Under the pieces are notes generated by a model. That model was not told where the DNA came from, ran no database searches, and was given only the letters and a program-made list of their open reading frames with translations. Of a DNA stretch of 21,633 nucleotides, positions 15,681 to 21,633 are shown piece by piece. The translations under genes were made by a program, and so were the position numbers. Position 1 is the stretch's first letter. The number at the start of each line of letters is the position of its first letter. The stretch is taken from NCBI GenBank assembly GCA_049969615.1, contig JBMFOM010000022.1:1-21633 (forward strand). The letters run 5' to 3'. The stretch comes from a candidate division WOR-3 bacterium (GTDB lineage: Bacteria; Hydrothermota; Hydrothermia; JBDRYB01).

Positions 15681-18524
15681 ATGGACTACAAGGACACGCT
15701 AAACCTGCCAAAGACCGATTTTCCCATGAAGGCTTCCCTGCCAAAGAGGGAGCCAGACATAGGGAGGAAATGGGAGGATAAAAACATAGCTGGCCGCCTT
15801 GCGGAACGATCCGGACCCTGGTTTGTCCTGCACGATGGCCCGCCATATTCAAATGGCCACATACACCTTGGTCAGGCCCTCAACAAGGTCCTCAAGGACA
15901 TAATTAACAAGTTCAAAGCCTTGGAGGGCTACAGGGTCCGATATATCCCAGGCTGGGATACCCACGGAATGCCCATTGAGACCGAGGTCACCAAACACGA
16001 TCCGGAGTTCGCGAGGTTGACCGTGGTTGATAGGCGTGAGCTCTCCCCTGAGACAAAGATCAAAATACGTTCTAAGTGTCGGATATTTGCCCTACACTGG
16101 GTTGATGTGCAGAAAGAAGAGTTCCGTCGCCTCGGTGTCCTGGGTGAGTGGTCAAGGCCATACCTGACCATATCCAAGGAGTACGAATCACAGGAACTTG
16201 ATATTCTCGCTCTTCTCGTGGAGAAGGGATACATATACAGGGATCACATGCCCATCCACTGGTGCCCCACCTGCAGGACTACCCTCGCTATGGTGGAAAT
16301 AGACTACAAGGACAAAACTTCCCCATCCCTCTGGTTCCTGGCAAGGGTCAAGCGGGATCCGGACGGGCTTTTGGGCGGAAAGGAAGCCTGGGCTTTGGTT
16401 TGGACCACAACTCCGTGGACCCTTCTGGCAAACAGGGCCTTTGCTTTCGGCCCCGATGTCATGTATATCGTTGTTTCAACCGAAAAGGGGCTTGTTGTCC
16501 TCGCGGAGGCCCTTTTGCCCTTGGCCGCGGAGGCCATGCAATCCCTTCTCAATGCCCAAGTGGTCAAGGTATTCCGCGGCCGGGAGGCCGAGAACCTGGT
16601 CTTTGAGAACCCCCTGTTCCCTGACCTTGAATCCCCGGCTGTCCTCTCGGAATACGTGACCCTGGACGCGGGCAGTGGCATAGTTCACACAGCGCCGGGC
16701 CACGGCAGGGAGGACTATGAGGTGGGCAAAAGGTATAATCTTCCGGTTTTCTCGCCCGTGGACGAATCCGGAAACTTCACCAGGGAGGCCGATGAGCAAA
16801 GCGCTACCCCGATCTCTGTTGAGGGACTATCCGTGGAGGAGGGCGGTAAAAAAGCAATAGAGCGGCTCTCCGAAAGGGGGCTTCTAGTGCGAATTGGCGA
16901 GATCGTTCACCAGTATCCATATTGCTGGCGTTGCAAGAAACCCCTGATATTCCGGGCAACCAGCCAGTGGTTTCTCAGGGTTGATCATCTGGATCTGAGA
17001 AAGAGGGCCCTCGGTTTCATCAGGAATGTCAAGTGGGTCCCCCCTTCATCCGAAGCCAAGATAAGATCCTCTGTCGCCGAGAGGCCCGATTGGTGCATAT
17101 CCAGACAGAGACACTGGGGTGTTTTTATACCTGCGCTTACCTGCCTTGATTGCGGGGCTGAGATCCTTGACCCGAATGTCGTCCGGTTGGCCTCAAGGGT
17201 TTTCTCAGAGGAGGGTTCTGATGCTTGGATAACCCAGCCCACTGAAAAGTTTCTCCCGGATGGTTTTGCGTGTCCGGCTTGTCGCGGCACTCGTTTTGAG
17301 AAACAGAACGACATACTGGATGTCTGGTTTGATTCCGGCGTCACGGCAATGGTCGTCCTTCCGGAGCTCGGGCTTCCCATACCCTCAGATGTCTATCTTG
17401 AGGGTCCGGATCAGCACAGGGGCTGGTTCAACGCATCGCTCATGCTCACTGTAGCAGTAAGGGATGAGCCCCCATACAAGGAGGTCATAACCCACGGCTG
17501 GGTCCTGGATGAAAAGGGTTATACCATGCACAAGTCCCTCGGCAACGCCATATCGCCCAACGAAGTCGTTGATGAACATGGCGCAGATGTCCTCCGGCTG
17601 TGGGTCGCGTCCACTGATTACACCCAGGACATAAGGCTGGGAAAGGAAATACTCGCCAGAACAGCTGATGCCTACAGAAAGATAAGAAACACCTTCCGTT
17701 TTTGCCTCGGAAACCTCTATGATTTTGATCCCCAGGGGGATTCTGTTCCCGTAAGCGATATGTTTCCCCTTGACAGGTTCATCCTACACAGGCTCACAGG
17801 GATCCTAGATCAGGTAAAATCCGCCTATGAAGCGCGTGAGTTCCACAGGGCAGTGAGAGCCGCGATGAACTTTATGTCCACGGAGGTCTCCGCTCTATAC
17901 ATGGACGCCGTAAAGGATAGGTTATACACGTGGGCCGCGGCCTCCCGTGGGAGGAGGTCAGCCCAGACTGTCCTTTACCATGTAGCGCGATTTCTTGACA
18001 TTGCGCTCTCGCCTGTCCTGTCGTTCACTGCAGAGGAGGTTCACGATCACCTGCCGGGCCAGAAGGCCGAGAGCGTTTTCCTTGAACAGTGGCCGGAGGT
18101 TCCCCATAAGTGGAGGGATGACGCTCTTGCCGGTGAGTTCGCAACCCTTCTCGCCATAAGGGAGACCGTGGCCCTCGCGCTTGAACGGGCCAGGGCCGAT
18201 GATATGATAGGCAATTCCCTGGAGGCAGAGCTTATAATCGGTGCGAAAAACGACGGCGCGCTTGATCTTCTCAGAAAATACAAGGATCACCTACCCGAAA
18301 TTTTCATAGTCTCAGGCGTTATCCTGTCGCCGGAGCCACGGGGCGTCGTTATGCAGGAGACCGATGACTGGGTCGTCGCCGTTGAGAAGGCCGGGGGCAA
18401 GAAGTGCATCCGGTGCTGGGTCTGGCATCCGGATGTTGGAAAGAACGAGAGATATCCGGACGCGTGTCCCAAGTGCGTGTCCGCCCTGGAGGAATCCCAT
18501 GGAGCCGATAAGCGTAAAGCTTGA
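15681..18524 (+). CDS. ileS: Isoleucine--tRNA ligase, bacterial type 1
   Basis: MDYKDTLNLPKTDFPMKA, LHDGPPY.NG.IHLGQ, PGWDTHGMPIE, WTTTPWTL, GIVHTAPGHG.EDY, DWCISRQR.WG, DVWFDSG, YLEG.DQHRGWF, TMHKSLGN, C-terminal zinc finger CIRCW...CPKC. Confidence 0.98.
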   Translation: MDYKDTLNLPKTDFPMKASLPKREPDIGRKWEDKNIAGRLAERSGPWFVLHDGPPYSNGHIHLGQALNKVLKDIINKFKALEGYRVRYIPGWDTHGMPIETEVTKHDPEFARLTVVDRRELSPETKIKIRSKCRIFALHWVDVQKEEFRRLGVLGEWSRPYLTISKEYESQELDILALLVEKGYIYRDHMPIHWCPTCRTTLAMVEIDYKDKTSPSLWFLARVKRDPDGLLGGKEAWALVWTTTPWTLLANRAFAFGPDVMYIVVSTEKGLVVLAEALLPLAAEAMQSLLNAQVVKVFRGREAENLVFENPLFPDLESPAVLSEYVTLDAGSGIVHTAPGHGREDYEVGKRYNLPVFSPVDESGNFTREADEQSATPISVEGLSVEEGGKKAIERLSERGLLVRIGEIVHQYPYCWRCKKPLIFRATSQWFLRVDHLDLRKRALGFIRNVKWVPPSSEAKIRSSVAERPDWCISRQRHWGVFIPALTCLDCGAEILDPNVVRLASRVFSEEGSDAWITQPTEKFLPDGFACPACRGTRFEKQNDILDVWFDSGVTAMVVLPELGLPIPSDVYLEGPDQHRGWFNASLMLTVAVRDEPPYKEVITHGWVLDEKGYTMHKSLGNAISPNEVVDEHGADVLRLWVASTDYTQDIRLGKEILARTADAYRKIRNTFRFCLGNLYDFDPQGDSVPVSDMFPLDRFILHRLTGILDQVKSAYEAREFHRAVRAAMNFMSTEVSALYMDAVKDRLYTWAAASRGRRSAQTVLYHVARFLDIALSPVLSFTAEEVHDHLPGQKAESVFLEQWPEVPHKWRDDALAGEFATLLAIRETVALALERARADDMIGNSLEAELIIGAKNDGALDLLRKYKDHLPEIFIVSGVILSPEPRGVVMQETDDWVVAVEKAGGKKCIRCWVWHPDVGKNERYPDACPKCVSALEESHGADKRKA

Positions 18525-19050
18525 AGACATAGGGCCGGAAGGTGTATCTTTCTGCCTCAATCTGGAACCCCAGGCGCTTGATCTCTCGGACTCCAATGAT
18601 GCCCGTTTTCTCGGACCGATAAACGCTGAGGCTACCATCAGAAAAGCGGGCAGAAAACTTCGCCTCAGCATGAGCGTTAATTTTACCGCGGCTCTTGCCT
18701 GTTCTAGATGTTTGGCCGAGACCGAACACCGGCTTGGCGAATCCGCAGACCTCACCCTAATAAGAGGCCAGCCAATCCTGCCGCCTGAGCTTCGCTTGGA
18801 AGAAAAGGACCTCACCACCCAGTTCTTCTCCGGCGAGGAGATAGACCTGGCGCCATTCCTAAGGGAAATGGTCATACTGGCAATGCCAATAAAACCCCTT
18901 TGTGATCCTGACTGCAAGGGCCTCTGTCCCGTTTGCGGCGCGGACAGGAACCGCGAGACCTGCGAGCACGTGCCTGTTGCGGAAAAGGAAGAGGAGGCAA
19001 CTGACCCCCGATGGTCAAAGCTCCGGGAGCTCATGAATAGGAAAAGGTGA
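18499..19050 (+). CDS. yceD: YceD/DUF177 family protein
   Basis: CSRCL, IDLAPFLRE...LAMPIKPLCDPDCKGLCPVCG.DRN...C, DPRWSKL. ATG at 18499 has GGAGG at 18488-18492 and overlaps the ileS 3' end by 26 nt. Confidence 0.93.
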   Translation: MEPISVKLEDIGPEGVSFCLNLEPQALDLSDSNDARFLGPINAEATIRKAGRKLRLSMSVNFTAALACSRCLAETEHRLGESADLTLIRGQPILPPELRLEEKDLTTQFFSGEEIDLAPFLREMVILAMPIKPLCDPDCKGLCPVCGADRNRETCEHVPVAEKEEEATDPRWSKLRELMNRKR

Positions 19051-19170
19051 GGCGCTTAGAAAATTCGTATTTTCTATCAGGGAGCTTGCCGAGCGTTCCG
19101 GCGTTTCTGACCTTGAGGGGCTTTGCCGGGAGCTATCCGAGGCCGTGGAGGTGCCGCAGGTCTTCCTGAA

Positions 19171-20232
19171 ATGAAGGTCCACATGGATGTCACCCCTGTC
19201 TGGAACCCCAATCCCAGGGGAATAGGCACATACATAATAAACCTGATAGAGCGGCTAATTGACCTTGGCGTTGAGGTTCACGCCTCATTCAAGTTTTCCA
19301 GGCTCCAGAGGTTCATGTGGGCCAGGAGATTGCCCCATCTAGCGAAAAAGAAGGTCATGCCTTTTTGGATGGGGCGAATTGAGCTTTTTCACGGCACCAA
19401 TCGTTATCTTTTGCCCGGCGGTTTTCCCAAGGTGCTGACCGTCCACGACATGGTTGAATTCTACGATCAGACGGACTTCTGGTTTCCACCAGGCAAAAAG
19501 CGCAGAATGCGTGAGAAGACCAAAAGGTGTTTTTCCATGAACCCCGCGGCCGTGATAGCGGTTTCGGAGTTCGCCAGGTCAGAGGTCCTTCGGTTCACGG
19601 ATTACCCGGCCGAGAAGGTTCGTGTTATATACCACGGCATACCGCGTTGGGCCAGGCCTTACTCAAGGGAGGAATACCTACCCATTATCAAAAAATACGC
19701 CCTTTCCGAGAGACGCTTCCTGGTTTTCGTTGGTCAGCCAGAATCAAGAAAAAACCTCTCGCTGGTCCTGAAGGGGATGAGCGGAGTTCCGGGGATAAAA
19801 CTATTGGTGGCAGGCGGAAGACTTGAACCAGCCGAGTCCGAGATCGCCGAAAAACTGAGGCTATGGGACAGGATAGTCCAAGTTCCATTTGTGCCCGGCC
19901 CAGAGCTGGGTGCTTTGCTCTCCGCTTCCCTAGCCCTCGCTTTTCCCAGCAAATACGAGGGTTTTGGCCTTCCGGTCATAGAGGCCATGGCCTCTGCCGC
20001 GCCCGTGATAACATCAACCCATCCTTCGGTGGCCGAGGCCGCGGGGGATGCCGGAGTCCTGGTTGATCCCTACGATGAGGACGGGTTCCGTGATGCCGTT
20101 ATGAGACTCATTGATGACGAGGGCTTCGTTCGCCTGCTAATTGAGAGGGGCCTCCTCAGGGCAAGGCGCTTCTCCTGGACGCGGACAGCAGGGATGACTC
20201 TGGAGGTGTATCGGGATGCCGCTCATGGGTAA
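19171..20232 (+). CDS. Glycosyltransferase family 4 (GT-B)
   Basis: RGIGTY, VLTVHDM, IAVSEF, VIYHGI, FVG..E.RKNL, FPSKYEGFGLPVIEAMA (EX7E), FSW..TA. ATG at 19171 preferred over the track start at 19123. Confidence 0.93.
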   Translation: MKVHMDVTPVWNPNPRGIGTYIINLIERLIDLGVEVHASFKFSRLQRFMWARRLPHLAKKKVMPFWMGRIELFHGTNRYLLPGGFPKVLTVHDMVEFYDQTDFWFPPGKKRRMREKTKRCFSMNPAAVIAVSEFARSEVLRFTDYPAEKVRVIYHGIPRWARPYSREEYLPIIKKYALSERRFLVFVGQPESRKNLSLVLKGMSGVPGIKLLVAGGRLEPAESEIAEKLRLWDRIVQVPFVPGPELGALLSASLALAFPSKYEGFGLPVIEAMASAAPVITSTHPSVAEAAGDAGVLVDPYDEDGFRDAVMRLIDDEGFVRLLIERGLLRARRFSWTRTAGMTLEVYRDAAHG

Positions 20233-21214
20233 AAGGGTTCTGATTTTCCAGCCAACACGGTATCTCGGAGATTTCCTCTTGACCCTGCCGGTCCTTCGTG
20301 CGGCTAAAGAAGCGGGTGCAACGCCCATTTTGCTCTCCCACGGAAAATTCACGCCATTGGCCGATTTTCTTGGAGTTGAGGTCATACATTGGGACAAGGA
20401 TGGCTCTGGCAAGGGGCTGAGGGGGATGGCAGATGTGGCAAAAAGAATAAAGGGCGTGAGGCCGGATTATTCTGTCCTACCGCATAAGTCCCACAGGAGC
20501 GCGCTGGTAGCGTTTTCCACCGGAGCGCCGGAAAGGGTGGGGTTCTCGGATTCGCCAGCCCGTGTCCTTTATACCAGAAGAATTCCTTATGAATACGGCA
20601 TCCACGAGGTCATTAGGTTTCAGAAGCTCCTAGTGCCCCTGGGCCTGCCCCCTGGTCTCATTCGCGAGGAAATGTGGTTTCCCGATCACGGGAGGCTCCT
20701 CAACGCCTGCAGTAATATGCCTGTTGGTCCATTTGTCCTCCTGGCGCCGGGGACTTCCTGGAGGGTAAAGAGGTGGGGCGCTGAGAATTTCGCTGAAATA
20801 GCGAGGGGTTTTATGGATGTTGGGATACGTGTTGTCTTGACCGGCGGAAGAGAAGATGCCCCCGTCTCGCGGAATGTGGTTGACCTGGCTCCGGGTTCGG
20901 TTGATCTGACTGGAAGGCTATCCCTTCCTGAGTTCCTCGGCTTGGTTGGCCGAGCGAGTTTGGTTATTTCTGGAGATTCCGCGCCCGTGCACGCGGCTGG
21001 AATATTTGGTGTCCCGTGTGTTGCCATTTATGGCCCGACGGTCAGAGATATGGGGTTCTGGCCCCTTTCCCCCCAAAGCCGCATAGTTGAGGTTTCCCTG
21101 GATTGCAGGCCATGCAAGGCGAGGGCCGAGAGGCCGTGTCCGTTAGGCCATCATGATTGCATGAAGAGGATAACGCCTGAGATGGTTATGGGCGCGGCAA
21201 AAGAGATCCTTTAG
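20225..21214 (+). CDS. Glycosyltransferase family 9 (LPS heptosyltransferase, WaaF-like)
   Basis: YLGDFLLTLP, APGTSWRVKRW, VDLTGRLSL, ISGDSAPVHAA, AIYGPT, C.PC...CPLGHHDCM..I.P. Start at 20225 or 20216. Confidence 0.93.
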   Translation: MGKRVLIFQPTRYLGDFLLTLPVLRAAKEAGATPILLSHGKFTPLADFLGVEVIHWDKDGSGKGLRGMADVAKRIKGVRPDYSVLPHKSHRSALVAFSTGAPERVGFSDSPARVLYTRRIPYEYGIHEVIRFQKLLVPLGLPPGLIREEMWFPDHGRLLNACSNMPVGPFVLLAPGTSWRVKRWGAENFAEIARGFMDVGIRVVLTGGREDAPVSRNVVDLAPGSVDLTGRLSLPEFLGLVGRASLVISGDSAPVHAAGIFGVPCVAIYGPTVRDMGFWPLSPQSRIVEVSLDCRPCKARAERPCPLGHHDCMKRITPEMVMGAAKEIL

Positions 21215-21504
21215 CTGGCGGTCTTTTCCCAGGCTACCCCGTCAATCAGCGAGATCACTGCGACGATAAGCCCGACAGCGAGATTGTTCCAGAGGTTGTG
21301 CAGAAAGAACCCGGAGACTACAAACCAGATACCCAGGGCGAAATTTATCCATTCAAGTCGGGATTTCCTGGCCACCCAAAAGGAGAACCCGGCAATAAGC
21401 GCGCCGAAGAATATGCTGTGTCCGCCATGGGCGACCGCTCCGGGAACGAAAGCGGATATGAACACCCAGAGTCCCAAAAGAAAAACCAACCACGGTTTCC
21501 ACAT
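21211..21504 (-). CDS. SPW-repeat-like small integral membrane protein
   Basis: Two repeats, W...LLGLWVFISAF and WINFALGIWFVVSGF, each followed by a second helix; four TM segments. ATG at 21504. Confidence 0.8.
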   Translation of the reverse strand: MWKPWLVFLLGLWVFISAFVPGAVAHGGHSIFFGALIAGFSFWVARKSRLEWINFALGIWFVVSGFFLHNLWNNLAVGLIVAVISLIDGVAWEKTAS

Positions 21505-21510
21505 GTCCAA

Positions 21511-21540
21511 ATTATAGGGTTCCGAACAGCCAAATAACAA
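21511..21540 (-). promoter_or_regulatory. Putative sigma70 promoter giving a leaderless SPW-protein mRNA
   Basis: Minus strand TTGTTA, 18 nt, TATAAT, then 6 nt to the ATG at 21504. Confidence 0.55.
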
Positions 21541-21633
21541 ACAGCTCTGGGTTGCAGGTTCCATTCCCTCTCAGTAGGCGCGGAGATGGGGTTTTGGGCC
21601 AAAATATGGCCCTCCCCCATAAACAAGACAAAG

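Noticed and set aside
18364..18498. Longer yceD start from the ORF track
   Set aside because: It lies deep inside the ileS zinc-finger region; the ATG at 18499 has a GGAGG site and a family-like N-terminus.
1..21633. CRISPR array, transposase, toxin-antitoxin or defence genes
   Set aside because: No regularly spaced direct repeats or relevant protein motifs were seen.

Overview
Bacterial chromosomal window made up mostly of housekeeping and cell-envelope genes. The gene content (FBP aldolase/phosphatase, archaeal-like RtcB tail, LPS heptosyltransferase, outer-membrane barrels) suggests a deep-branching, possibly thermophilic diderm; that assignment is inference only. In order: the 3' end of rtcB; a lipoprotein; a tight cluster of a 575-aa multi-ACT-like protein with no recognisable catalytic domain, FBP aldolase/phosphatase and acyl-CoA dehydrogenase; a SpoIID/LytB lipoprotein; an orphan TrpG/PabA; frr-uppS; two tandem paralogous outer-membrane-barrel-like genes; a 610-bp divergent intergenic region with an inverted repeat, two sigma70 promoters and four mini-ORFs; a Cys-rich beta-propeller-like gene; a GT-C/GT2 glycosylation pair; tRNA-Ala(CGC) and tRNA-Gly(CCC); a membrane-anchored hypothetical; ileS with variant HIGH/KMSKS motifs; yceD without rpmF; GT4 and GT9; and an SPW-repeat membrane protein. 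I saw no CRISPR array, transposase, integrase or phage gene. The best candidate for an undescribed system is the stand-alone ACT-repeat protein translationally coupled to FBP aldolase/phosphatase. Next are the tandem barrel pair, the GT-C/GT2 pair and a recurring leaderless-mRNA architecture. All family calls come from motif recognition by eye, not database searches.
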